DNA of 64,000 nucleotides from an uncultured virus (IMG/VR IMGVR_UViG_3300005512_000019) (Duplodnaviria > Heunggongvirae > Uroviricota > Caudoviricetes). Made by a program: the position numbers and the translations under genes. The stretch lies in IMG/VR virus record IMGVR_UViG_3300005512_000019; one strand, written 5' to 3'. The notes under the pieces are model-generated. The model was not told the DNA's origin and did not search any database. It saw nothing but the letters and a program-made list of their open reading frames with translations. Within the stretch, counting starts at the first letter, position 1. The number at the start of each line of letters is the position of its first letter. Below, piece after piece: positions 1-9,411 of this stretch.

Positions 1-147
1 GTTGTACTTCCCTCCCTCTACGTGCGTGAGGTGGTAGGTCTCTCCGGCCTGAATCTGCTTCCCACACTTCCAACACGTGAAAGGGCAGGGGACGTTCTTG
101 GTGAGGGTCTCGGTTGCGTCGTGTACGATTGTTCCGTGCTTGGTCAT
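1..147 (-). CDS. small hypothetical protein, possible Zn ribbon (runs off the window edge)
   Basis: ATG at 147 after an AGAGGAG SD; translates MTKHGT...CPFTCWKCGKQIQAGETY; too short for the ORF track. Confidence 0.5.
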   Translation of the reverse strand, partial: MTKHGTIVHDATETLTKNVPCPFTCWKCGKQIQAGETYHLTHVEGGKYN

Positions 148-149
148 GG

Positions 150-374
150 TTAGCTCCTCTCGGTTTCGATTTTGCGGCCCTTGCTGATGGGAAAGCGAAT
201 GGTGACCCCGTCCTGCCGGGAAGCCCGGAGGACGATGGTGTTGCGGTGGGTGGCGGAGGAGATGGACTCCACCAGGGTGAGCTCGTGCTCCGTCCCCGGC
301 TGCTTGAAGGACTCTCCCGGCTGAATCTGATCGGCCCGGACCATCGTGGGGTTGTTGAAGATGTGTGAGTACAT
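150..374 (-). CDS. hypothetical early protein
   Basis: 3' part of ORF 150..647; ATG at 374 (MYSHIFNNPT) preceded by GGGAG. Confidence 0.5.
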   Translation of the reverse strand: MYSHIFNNPTMVRADQIQPGESFKQPGTEHELTLVESISSATHRNTIVLRASRQDGVTIRFPISKGRKIETERS

Positions 375-385
375 TGGTGGACTCC

Positions 386-538
386 CTAGCTGAGTGCGTT
401 GAGCTTCTCGGTGAGGCGGTACCATTCTGCGTAGTTGCGGACTCCCTGCCGGAGCCGAGCCCGTACCATCGTGCGGCGGTAGGTGCGGAGGTAGCTGTAG
501 TGGATCGTGCGGACGGTGCGGATGAGTGCTGCTTTCAT
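386..538 (-). CDS. small basic hypothetical protein
   Basis: MKAALIRT... with GAGGAG SD, first gene after a leftward promoter. Confidence 0.45.
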   Translation of the reverse strand: MKAALIRTVRTIHYSYLRTYRRTMVRARLRQGVRNYAEWYRLTEKLNALS

Positions 539-578
539 CGTCTCTCCTCGGTTGGTTCCGTTCTTGATCATGTTGCCT

Positions 579-619
579 ATGGTACGCTAGGTTGCTAAGG
601 TAAGTCAAGACTTTTTTTC
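579..619 (-). promoter_or_regulatory. sigma70-like leftward (early) promoter
   Basis: TTGACT-N18-TACCAT with upstream A-tract; the block TCAAGACTTTTTTTC (605-619) recurs exactly at 54086-54100. Confidence 0.65.
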
Positions 620-743
620 GAGAAAAGTTGAAAAAGTTTTTGCCCACCTCAACTCCAACGCTAGCCCATAGGGGATGGCCAACTGAGAAAACGCTGTTGA
701 ATGACTATACAGAACAAGACCGTTTCGTTCAAAAAAAATCTCC

Positions 744-776
744 TTGCTATCCGGGCTTTTCGGGACTATATACGGC
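744..776 (+). promoter_or_regulatory. rightward promoter of the packaging operon
   Basis: TTGCTA-N17-TATATA preceded by an A-tract; shares CCTTG...CTATAWACGG with the promoter at 9343. Confidence 0.6.
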
Positions 777-830
777 AGGCCAAGCAGAGCGGTAGCGAAC
801 ATGAACGCCTAACGGAGGGACAGAGATGAA

Positions 831-1556
831 ATGAGCATCAACGGAACAAAGCAGCGGAAGGTAGCGCGGAGACCTAACGGGAGCCTCCCGGAGCGGAACA
901 AGGGGGGACGGCCTAGCCTGTACCGCCCGGAGTACGATCACCTGGCGGAAGTAGCGTGTGAACAGCTGGGGGCTCGGCTTGAGGACCTGGCGGTGATGTT
1001 CAAGGTATCCGTCAGTGCAATCAATGATTGGGTGAAGGGCCAACCAACCTTCTGCGATGCAGTAAACCGGGGGCGGGATGCATTCGACAATTGCAGAGTT
1101 GAGGACTCCCTCCGGCGGCGGGCTATCGGGTATGTGTTCGATGAGGTCCGGGTTGAGACGGTCTCAGTGGAGGCCGAGTTGCCCGAGGGGACCAGGATGC
1201 AAGTGCCAGCAAAGAAGATCACCACCACCACTCGGGAGATACCCCCTGACGTGACGGCTTGCATCTTCTGGTTGGTCAACCGGACCCGCCGGACGGGACG
1301 CTGGGTCAACGCCCACAAGATTGAAGTCTCCGCCCGTCATGACTACACCCACCGACACGAGGTGGACTTGACCAAACTCGCAACTGAGGAGCTGTATGCT
1401 CTCCGCACCCTGCTCTCCAAAGGTCAGGAAGGTGGTGAGGCGTCCTCCGAGCAAAGCAACCAAGGCCCCGGTCCAGCGGGTACGTCCCGCACCGCAGCCC
1501 GAGGTTATTTTGCCCGAGATGCCGCACCTGCCCTACCTGGCGGACGTAGACTCTGA
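831..1556 (+). CDS. terS: terminase small subunit
   Basis: N-terminal GGRPSLY plus HTH (LAVMFKVSVSAINDW), VEDSLRRRAIGY and PPDVTACIFWL motifs; directly upstream of TerL. Confidence 0.85.
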   Translation: MSINGTKQRKVARRPNGSLPERNKGGRPSLYRPEYDHLAEVACEQLGARLEDLAVMFKVSVSAINDWVKGQPTFCDAVNRGRDAFDNCRVEDSLRRRAIGYVFDEVRVETVSVEAELPEGTRMQVPAKKITTTTREIPPDVTACIFWLVNRTRRTGRWVNAHKIEVSARHDYTHRHEVDLTKLATEELYALRTLLSKGQEGGEASSEQSNQGPGPAGTSRTAARGYFARDAAPALPGGRRL

Positions 1557-3054
1557 GCTGGCAGTAAGGAAGCTGGCCGAGTTCAGCCGATTGCACTGGC
1601 GGTACGTTGAGACCTCCGCCTATGTGCACGGTTGGCACGTGGATTGCATTGCGGAACACCTCCAGGCGGTCACTGACGGGGAGATTCGGCGGTTGATCAT
1701 CAACATCCCGCCCCGCCACATGAAGTCCCTGTCAGTGGCCGTGTTCTGGCCCGCCTGGTCCTGGCTCCTTGATCCCGGTATCCGTTGGTTGTTCTCCTCC
1801 TACTCACAGACCCTCTCCACCCGTGACTCGGTGAAGTGCCGGCGGGTGGTCCAGAGCCCCCGCTATGCGCAGGTGATGGGCTACGTTGAGAGCGTGGAGG
1901 AGAATCTGACCGGCATCACTGAGGAGCCCTTCCGGCTCACCCTGGACCAGAACCAAAAGACCCGCTTTGAGAACAACAAGGGCGGCACCCGTCTGGCTAC
2001 CTCTACCGGGGGCACCCTGACGGGGGAAGGCGGGGACATCATTTGCATTGACGATCCTCACAACGTGATTGAGGGAGAGTCCGAGCTGCAGAGGACCTCC
2101 GTGCTCCAGTGGTGGGATGAGGCTATGAGCACCCGCCTCAATGACCCCAAGTCCGGGGCCTACGTCATCATCATGCAGCGGGTCCACCAGTCTGACCTCG
2201 TGGGCCACATCCTGGAGAAGGTAGAACAGAAGCAGGATGAGGATGGGGTGGAGTGGAATCACCTGTGCCTCCCCGCCCGCTACGAGGGAGAGAACAGGAT
2301 ATTCACCTGCTTGGGGTGGGAGGACCCCCGCAAGGAGGAGAATGACCCCCTGTGGCCAGAGAGGTACGGGGACACCGAGTTGAAGGAGGTGGAGGACGGC
2401 ATGACCGAGTATGCCAGGGCCTCCCAGCTCCAGCAGCGTCCGGCTCCTCGGGGCGGCGGCATGTTCAAGATTGAGCAGGTGGGCCTGGTCAAGGCTATCC
2501 ATCCCGCCCACGTTCAGAGGGCGGTGCGCTATTGGGACAAGGCGGACACGGAGGGCGGGGGCTGTTACTCCGCCGGGGTCCTTCTGTACGAGATGAACAC
2601 AGGCCCCTACCGCTACGTCATTGGGGACATCATCATGGGTCAGTGGTCATACGCCCGCCGGGAGGAGCGGATGAAGCAGACGGCCCAGCTGGATGAGGCC
2701 GAGTGGGGGACCAAGCTATGGACCTGGACCGAGCAGGAGCCGGGGAGCGGCGGGAAGGAGTCAGCCGAGCGGACGGTGGACAACCTCCGGGGCTTCCGCA
2801 TCAAGGCGGACAAGGTGTCCGGGCAGGGCAACAAAGAGCAGAGGGCCGAGCCCCTCAGCGTTCAGGTGGAGATAGGCAACGTGGCCCTGGTAGAAGGCCC
2901 GTGGAATAGGAAGCTATTGGAGGAGTGGGAGCTGTACCCCAACTCCACGTTCAAGGACCAGACAGACGCAGCATCAGGAGCGTTCAACAAGCTATCCGGC
3001 CCGCGCAAGAGGGCTGGAACGTGGCGGAGCATACAGGACAAGGAGCAGGACTAA
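1396..3054 (+). CDS. terL: terminase large subunit
   Basis: LIINIPPRHMKS Walker A variant, ICIDDPH Walker B, LQQRP, C-terminal RNase H nuclease (RYWDKA...KDQTDA); exact start uncertain. Confidence 0.95.
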   Translation: MLSAPCSPKVRKVVRRPPSKATKAPVQRVRPAPQPEVILPEMPHLPYLADVDSELAVRKLAEFSRLHWRYVETSAYVHGWHVDCIAEHLQAVTDGEIRRLIINIPPRHMKSLSVAVFWPAWSWLLDPGIRWLFSSYSQTLSTRDSVKCRRVVQSPRYAQVMGYVESVEENLTGITEEPFRLTLDQNQKTRFENNKGGTRLATSTGGTLTGEGGDIICIDDPHNVIEGESELQRTSVLQWWDEAMSTRLNDPKSGAYVIIMQRVHQSDLVGHILEKVEQKQDEDGVEWNHLCLPARYEGENRIFTCLGWEDPRKEENDPLWPERYGDTELKEVEDGMTEYARASQLQQRPAPRGGGMFKIEQVGLVKAIHPAHVQRAVRYWDKADTEGGGCYSAGVLLYEMNTGPYRYVIGDIIMGQWSYARREERMKQTAQLDEAEWGTKLWTWTEQEPGSGGKESAERTVDNLRGFRIKADKVSGQGNKEQRAEPLSVQVEIGNVALVEGPWNRKLLEEWELYPNSTFKDQTDAASGAFNKLSGPRKRAGTWRSIQDKEQD

Positions 3055-4553
3055 TGAGCAGACAGGTGAGAAGGATCGTGCGGCGGCAGGCGGGCCTCCG
3101 GGCCAATGAGGCGGGCGGGGTCCAGATGGACAGCGGCCTCCAGGCCCTGGCAGAGGCGGCAACCATCATTGCGAGCAGGGCGGGGCTAGCCGGGAGGCTG
3201 GGCCAGCAGTTTGGCGGAGCCCGGAACATCTACCAGGCCTGCGGCTACAAGACCAGCCTGAGCTTTGATGACTACTACAACATGTACACCCGCCAGGATA
3301 TTGCCCAGAGGGTGGTGGATGCCTACCCGGACGCAACCTGGAGGGGAGACCCCACCGTGTATGAAACGGAGGACCCCGAGCAGACCGAGTTTGAGAAGGC
3401 CTGGGAGGACCTGGTCAAGGACCTCAAGCTGTATCACTACCTGGGGCGGCTGGATCAGATGGCCGGCATTGGCCGCTATGCCATCCTGTTCCTGGGATTC
3501 GGCGGGCGGGGGGTCTCGCAGTCCTTCCAGACCGAGGTGACCCAGGCCAAACAGCTCATCTACGTCAAGCCCTTCACCGAGAAGGAGGCCACCGTGCAAG
3601 CCTGGGACTCCACCAAGACCTCCCGGCGGTATGGCAAGCCGGAGATGTACCAGATTGCGATGGGGAGCCCGGACGGGAAGAGCAGCCAGACGGTCCTGGT
3701 TCACTGGACCCGAGTCATTCACGTGGCGGACGGGTGCCTGACCAACGACGTGTATGGCACGCCCCGGCTCCAGTCCGTGTACAACCGCCTTGAGGACCTG
3801 ATGAAGATCACGGGCGGATCGGCCGAGATGTTCTGGCAGGGGGGCTTCCCCGGCTTGAGCTTTGAGGCGGACGCAGACACAGACATGTCCCAGTCCACTA
3901 CCGCCCTGGAGACCGAGATTGCCAAATACGTTCACGGCCTTCAGAGGTCCCTCCTCCTGCAGGGGGTGCAAGCCAAGACCCTCTCCAACAACATTGCCTC
4001 CCCGGAGAAGCACGTTGCGGTCCAGATTCAGATGATCTCAGCAGCCAAGGGCATCCCGGCCCGCATCCTGACCGGATCGGAGCGGGGGGAGCTGGCCTCC
4101 TCCCAGGACCAGGACAACTGGAAGGAGCGGGTGCAGGAGAGGCGGGAGGACTTTGCTGAGCCCTCCATCCTCCGGCCCCTTGTGGAGAGGCTGCAGAGCG
4201 TGGGGGTGCTCCCGGAGGCTGACTATCACATCCAGTGGCCCGAGCAGACCAAGGTCAGTGAGAAGGACCGGGCACTGGTAGCCAAGACCTGGGCTGAGGC
4301 AATGGGTGAGTACATCCAGAAGGACGGCCAGCTGCTGATGCCCCCGTTCACCTTCCTCACGGACGTCATGGGCCTGGATGAGGACAAGGCCAAGAAGATA
4401 CTGGAGGAGGCCGAGGAGCTGGCCAGGGAGCGGGAGGAGGAAGAGGCCCTGGAGGAGGAGATGCGCAGGGCCGAGGAAGAGGAGGCAGCAGCGGCGGCGG
4501 GGACGGCGGCGGGGACGGCCCCTCGGGTCCGCAGGCCGGCAAAGGTGGCATAG
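3054..4553 (+). CDS. portal protein (DUF1073-like)
   Basis: Follows TerL with TAATG overlap; IAQRVVDAYPDATWR, VHWTRVIH, YGTPRL, IPARILTGSERGELASSQD motifs. Confidence 0.9.
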   Translation: MSRQVRRIVRRQAGLRANEAGGVQMDSGLQALAEAATIIASRAGLAGRLGQQFGGARNIYQACGYKTSLSFDDYYNMYTRQDIAQRVVDAYPDATWRGDPTVYETEDPEQTEFEKAWEDLVKDLKLYHYLGRLDQMAGIGRYAILFLGFGGRGVSQSFQTEVTQAKQLIYVKPFTEKEATVQAWDSTKTSRRYGKPEMYQIAMGSPDGKSSQTVLVHWTRVIHVADGCLTNDVYGTPRLQSVYNRLEDLMKITGGSAEMFWQGGFPGLSFEADADTDMSQSTTALETEIAKYVHGLQRSLLLQGVQAKTLSNNIASPEKHVAVQIQMISAAKGIPARILTGSERGELASSQDQDNWKERVQERREDFAEPSILRPLVERLQSVGVLPEADYHIQWPEQTKVSEKDRALVAKTWAEAMGEYIQKDGQLLMPPFTFLTDVMGLDEDKAKKILEEAEELAREREEEEALEEEMRRAEEEEAAAAAGTAAGTAPRVRRPAKVA

Positions 4554-4683
4554 ATAGCAGAGGGAAGCCATATGGCCTCCCCCGGATTCTGGCAGATTCG
4601 GCGGGAAGCCATATGGTATCCCACTGTCATCCGTGCTATCCGGCCGTTTTTGACGAGTACCATATGAGAATTGGAGGACCCAT

Positions 4684-7600
4684 ATGCCGAAAGTAGCCCA
4701 ATCTTGCAGCTGCCTAACGGCCCACGAGGATGCCGCAGGAGCCCTCGGACACACCGAGAGCCAGGGGAAGGCCCCCCGAGTGGCAGGACTGTCCACGCTG
4801 CGTGCCCTCCGGGCCGATCCGACAAGGACAAAGACCCTACGGGACGCCTTTGAGGCCGAGATGGTCCGGCGTTTCAGGAAGATCAAGAAGCTCATATGGG
4901 AATCAGTGTATGTCAACGACTGTTTTGGCCTCAAGGAGAAGAAGCCCGGAGACGGCCTCCAGCTCCAAGTGGCCGCTCCTCCGGGGGCCTTTGCATATGG
5001 GACCTCCTCCGACAAGGTCAACGGCTTCATGGGGTGGCTTGGGGAACAGACAGACAAGTACATCCTCAGCGATATGGAGACCGGGGGCAAGGTGAACAAG
5101 GGGATGCGCGTGATCCGGGGAGCCCCCAAGGCGGTAGCTGGACAGGCCGCTTGGACAGACCTCTACATTGCCAGCGGCTACAAGAAGGGCCTCCAGCGGG
5201 CCTACGGGGAGATGGAGAAGGCGGGATACATGGTGGTCAAGCCCCGGAGCGTGGAGGCTATCTTCAACACCCCCATGCACGCGGATCGGGTTGGAGCCAT
5301 CTACACCCGGACCTACAATGAGCTCAAGGGGATCACTGACGCAATGGATCAGCAGATCAGCCGGAGCCTAGCCGAGAGCATAGCCGAGGGCCGTCACCCG
5401 ATGCAGATGGCCCGCATCATGATGAACAGGGTGGAGAAGGTTGGGGACCTGGCCACCACAGACTCCCTCGGCCGCTTCATCCCGGCCCTCCGGCGGGCTC
5501 GGATGCTGGCCCGCACAGAGACTATCCGAGCCCACCACGTGGCTACCATCAACACCTACGAGGCAGCGGGAGTTGAAGGGGTGATCGTGCAGGCGGAGTG
5601 GAGCACGGCCGGGGATGACCGTGTCTGCCCGGATTGTGAGAGCCTTGAGGCCAAGGAGTTCACGTTGAAGGAGATACGGGGCATGATTCCCCGGCACCCC
5701 CTTTGCAGGTGTTGCGCTCTCCCGGTCAACGTCAAGATTGACAAGAAGAAGGTCAAGGACCTCTATGGGGAGGACAAGCTCACGGGCTTCCTCCCCCCGC
5801 TACCCAAGGGAGCGGACCTGAATGGCAAGGTGGTAGCCGAGATGGAGGCTCAGGGATGGTTCCACCCGGATGATCTCCCCTCCGGCGGCTGGCAGACCCT
5901 CGGGGACGGCTCTGAGATCAACTGGGCAACGGCCTACATGGACCCTCATAGCTTTGCGCAGGACTGGGCCCAGATGACAGGCAAGCCCCTTCCGGCTTCC
6001 TATCTGAAGGTGATCCAGCAGATAGCCAACGGGAAACACAAGTTCACCAGCACCCCCGAGTTCATGGCTGTCCTCAAGCCCAAGCTCAAGCAGGCCTACC
6101 ACGCCAAGAGCCTCCACGTCAAGAAGGCCATCCTCAAGAAGGCCTCTGCCAAGCGGATCGTTGTGGCCAAGAAGGTCCGTGCCGAGGTGGTGGAGCGCAA
6201 GGTGGCGGGCCTACCCCCGGCCCCTCCCAAGGCGGCGCACGTGACGGTGGCGGACATCCCCAATGACTCAGACGGGGCGGTGGTCTTTGGGAAGAGGCTC
6301 ACGGCTACCGCTGAGAGCCCCTCGGTCACCCCCGGCGGGAGCTCAGGCAGTACTGGGGCCAAGGTGTTCCTGGATGATGAGGGGGCTCGGTGGATCGTGA
6401 AGGACTACGGGGGCAACACCCTCCAGGTGGAATCCGAGTGGGTGGCCAACCGTCTGTACGCCCTCAACAACATCAATGTGCCGGAGGCCCGCCTGGCAAT
6501 CCTGCCGGACGGCCGGAAGGTGGTGTGCCTCCGCAAGCTGACGGAGAAGGGGCTTGTCCAGATGGGGGAGGCCAACGTTGATTGGGCCGCTTCCTCGGCT
6601 ATCGCCCGCCGGGGGTTCTCCACGGACTGCCTGGTTGGCAACTGGGATGTAGCGGGGACGGGGTGGGACAACATCCTGTGCGTCCCCACAGACAAGAGGC
6701 TCATCTGGCGCATTGACCAGGGTGGGTGCCTCTTCTTCCGAGCTCAGGGCGGGATGAAGGGGGCGGACTTTGGAAGGGCAGTCATGGAGCTGAAGTCCCT
6801 CCGAGAGGCGGGCTTCAACGGGATTGACAACCACTACGCAGTGCGGTTCTTTGCCCGGCTCACCGACAAGGAGATTGTGGCCCAGATCAATACGATGACC
6901 AACAACATCACCAATACCCGGATTGCCTCCCTGGTCCGGGCCTCCGGTATGGCCAGGGACAAGGCCGATGAGTTGATCACCATCCTACAGGAGCGGTTGT
7001 CCTACCTGCGCCAGTGGGGACGGGATACGGGGAAGGCCCTCAAGAGCGGAGCCCTGGGGGCTACCCGCGCAAGCCTGACCGCCTCAGACGCCCCGATCAG
7101 CCCCAAGGAGTGGGATACAATCGTTGCGGCCCGAGGCAATGGGGTAGCCTACCGCTGGGACGCTGGGCAGATTGAGGATCAGCAGGTGCACTTCTGGATT
7201 GAGACCCGAGCGGACGGCAAGAGGGTCCTCAAGGCCTGGTTCAAGGTCCGGGGCTCCGGGGTGGATGCTGTTGCCAAGCTGCACAAGGGCGGGGCCATGG
7301 TCAAGGGCACTACTATCGGCCTCCCGCCGGATCGGCTGACCTCCGTGACGGACAAGTGTACCACTGCCATCAAGGGGATAGCCTCCCGAGCGGCCAAGGG
7401 GGAGGGTCTGATGGACTATGACCTCACCCGAGTGGCTGAGGCTGAGGCTGAGTTCAAGGCCGTCCTCTCCGAGCTGAGGTCATTGGTCAAGCAGGGCTAC
7501 TACAAGCAGGGGGCGGTGACCCAGTTTGAGAGTCACTATGAGCCGTGGATCAGGTCTCTCAAGGACTCCATTAAGGGCAAGAAGGCGGGCCAGGTATTCA

Positions 7601-8814
7601 CTTGGGCTCCCCCTCAGCCGGGGCACCTCGGGAAGGCCCAGCTGCCGGCGGCGGTCAATCCCAAGGCGGCTCCCTCCTCCGCCCCGGCCCCCACTACGAT
7701 CCGGCTGGACGGGCAGCGGGAGGACTTCCACCTGTCCAACATTGATAGGGGCCACGTCTCCCGTACCACCCAGCTGTCCTACGCAGACGGGGACCTGGTG
7801 GGCTATGACGCGCACACGGGGCGGGTGGACAACGTGACAGTCAGGTCCTTTATCCAGGACCCCAAAAAGGGACAGACCGTGGCCAACCTCGTGAGCCTGG
7901 AGATTGAGGATGTCAGTCAGGTTGGAGCTCAGAAGCTCATCGACACCATTGGGAGGATCGGGGTTGTCAACCGGAGGCCCACGGCCCTGGAGGCGGAGGA
8001 CCTCTACTTGCGCCACCTCCTGTACGGGGTCCGGGACGCTGGCGGGAGCAGGGCTAGCTGGTGGGCAGGAGTCAAGGCCGAGCTTGACGGGATAGATGAT
8101 GTGGCTGTGAGGGTTGCGCGTGCTAGGGAGCTTCTCGTGGCGGAGATGCCGGGGGTGCAGACAGTGGATGACCTGCTCAGGCTCCCCGGCTACAACGTGG
8201 AGGGTGAGTGGGGGGCCTTCAACCATGGCTCCATCCGGTGGACCCGCCCGGACCTCCACGGCAAGGCTTGGGAGACGTTCTGCAAGGACTACGTTGTTCA
8301 CCACAACCTTCACGGAGGGGTGGAGACCGATCTGGAACGCATCCTCAACTCCGGCGGGGTCCTGGTCTCCAATAGCAACAAGATGCGCATGGGCATCCCT
8401 CCCGGTGGCATGAGCCCCTCCCACGACATCTGGAGCGGCGGCGGGGACTATGCATACACCCGCATATACCGATCCACCGACAACAGCACAGGCCTCTTCT
8501 GGAACGCCCGAGTGCTGGCCCGCACAGACGCCATGAGCTGGACCGGGGACACGCTGTACACCTCCGGCCGTTTGCTGGAGGAGTCCTTTGTCATGGAGTA
8601 CCGCCGGACGGGTATTGAGGGGTGGAAGGCCTGCGCTGCGAGAAGCTCAAACAACGAGACCCTGTTCAAGGGGGGCCTCTCCCTCCTGCAGGACCTGGAC
8701 AGGATTGTGGTGCCCAACAGCGGGCAGAAGGCCCGAGTCATAGACATGTTGAAGCGTCACGGGTACACCCAGCTGTCGGGAAAGCCCCTGGATGCTATCG
8801 TGGTGGTTCAGTAA
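4684..8814 (+). CDS. MuF/SPP1 gp7-like head morphogenesis protein fused to a PI3/4-kinase/HipA-like domain and an ART-like domain (polymorphic-toxin architecture)
   Basis: DPTRTKTL, RARMLARTET, WSTAGDDRVCPDC and IPRHPLCRC MuF motifs, then GSTGA/WIVK/ESE/GNWD..DN/RIDQGG kinase-like motifs, then HHNL...GGGDYAYTRI...NNETLFK. Confidence 0.85.
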   Translation: MPKVAQSCSCLTAHEDAAGALGHTESQGKAPRVAGLSTLRALRADPTRTKTLRDAFEAEMVRRFRKIKKLIWESVYVNDCFGLKEKKPGDGLQLQVAAPPGAFAYGTSSDKVNGFMGWLGEQTDKYILSDMETGGKVNKGMRVIRGAPKAVAGQAAWTDLYIASGYKKGLQRAYGEMEKAGYMVVKPRSVEAIFNTPMHADRVGAIYTRTYNELKGITDAMDQQISRSLAESIAEGRHPMQMARIMMNRVEKVGDLATTDSLGRFIPALRRARMLARTETIRAHHVATINTYEAAGVEGVIVQAEWSTAGDDRVCPDCESLEAKEFTLKEIRGMIPRHPLCRCCALPVNVKIDKKKVKDLYGEDKLTGFLPPLPKGADLNGKVVAEMEAQGWFHPDDLPSGGWQTLGDGSEINWATAYMDPHSFAQDWAQMTGKPLPASYLKVIQQIANGKHKFTSTPEFMAVLKPKLKQAYHAKSLHVKKAILKKASAKRIVVAKKVRAEVVERKVAGLPPAPPKAAHVTVADIPNDSDGAVVFGKRLTATAESPSVTPGGSSGSTGAKVFLDDEGARWIVKDYGGNTLQVESEWVANRLYALNNINVPEARLAILPDGRKVVCLRKLTEKGLVQMGEANVDWAASSAIARRGFSTDCLVGNWDVAGTGWDNILCVPTDKRLIWRIDQGGCLFFRAQGGMKGADFGRAVMELKSLREAGFNGIDNHYAVRFFARLTDKEIVAQINTMTNNITNTRIASLVRASGMARDKADELITILQERLSYLRQWGRDTGKALKSGALGATRASLTASDAPISPKEWDTIVAARGNGVAYRWDAGQIEDQQVHFWIETRADGKRVLKAWFKVRGSGVDAVAKLHKGGAMVKGTTIGLPPDRLTSVTDKCTTAIKGIASRAAKGEGLMDYDLTRVAEAEAEFKAVLSELRSLVKQGYYKQGAVTQFESHYEPWIRSLKDSIKGKKAGQVFTWAPPQPGHLGKAQLPAAVNPKAAPSSAPAPTTIRLDGQREDFHLSNIDRGHVSRTTQLSYADGDLVGYDAHTGRVDNVTVRSFIQDPKKGQTVANLVSLEIEDVSQVGAQKLIDTIGRIGVVNRRPTALEAEDLYLRHLLYGVRDAGGSRASWWAGVKAELDGIDDVAVRVARARELLVAEMPGVQTVDDLLRLPGYNVEGEWGAFNHGSIRWTRPDLHGKAWETFCKDYVVHHNLHGGVETDLERILNSGGVLVSNSNKMRMGIPPGGMSPSHDIWSGGGDYAYTRIYRSTDNSTGLFWNARVLARTDAMSWTGDTLYTSGRLLEESFVMEYRRTGIEGWKACAARSSNNETLFKGGLSLLQDLDRIVVPNSGQKARVIDMLKRHGYTQLSGKPLDAIVVVQ

Positions 8815-8826
8815 CAAGGAGGCGGT

Positions 8827-9303
8827 ATGAGGTTGAAGGACCTAGCGGACAGTGGGACCCCGATTGGAATGAGCATCAAGGGATCGGAGTGCCCTGACCA
8901 ACTGATTGCGGAGTTGTTCGTGCTGGAGGACCGTCTGGTGGTGGTCCTTCCGGGGTGGATTGAGTCTGTAGGCTCCCATCCCATTCACATCCTGGCTGAG
9001 GGGGAGAAGGAGCTCAACCCGGAGGCCCGCCCGGAGCCCTCGGAGCAGGCCCCCGGAAACTGGACGGTTGACCCCTACGTTTTCAGGAACATCGACCACG
9101 GTGACGATCTGGTGTTGGGGTCAAACATCTGGCTCCGCTACCGCCAGGGCTCCCTCGGGCAGATGGCTAGCCGGGGTGCGGCCTGGGTAGCCGTCCTGCA
9201 GTGTAACTTTGCCGGCCCCGGCTACGAGGCAGAGCGCAAAAAGGTGTATAAACAGCTGGCGGCGGACATACCGCCACACCGCATGAAAGGGTTATCTTAC
9301 TGA
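8827..9303 (+). CDS. hypothetical protein, candidate immunity/antitoxin for the MuF effector domains
   Basis: Strong AAGGAGG SD 12 nt after the MuF stop; function inferred only from position. Confidence 0.5.
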   Translation: MRLKDLADSGTPIGMSIKGSECPDQLIAELFVLEDRLVVVLPGWIESVGSHPIHILAEGEKELNPEARPEPSEQAPGNWTVDPYVFRNIDHGDDLVLGSNIWLRYRQGSLGQMASRGAAWVAVLQCNFAGPGYEAERKKVYKQLAADIPPHRMKGLSY

Positions 9304-9342
9304 GTTGGAAATAGTTGCGTCAAAGATTTTTCGATTTTTTCC

Positions 9343-9374
9343 TTGACGGCGGGCCGGCAACTGGCTATAAACGG
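9343..9374 (+). promoter_or_regulatory. sigma70-like promoter of the capsid operon
   Basis: TTGACG-N17-TATAAA preceded by T-tracts. Confidence 0.75.
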
Positions 9375-9411
9375 TGCGCCCAACGGAGATGAACCCGGAG
9401 GAAGAGAGCAG

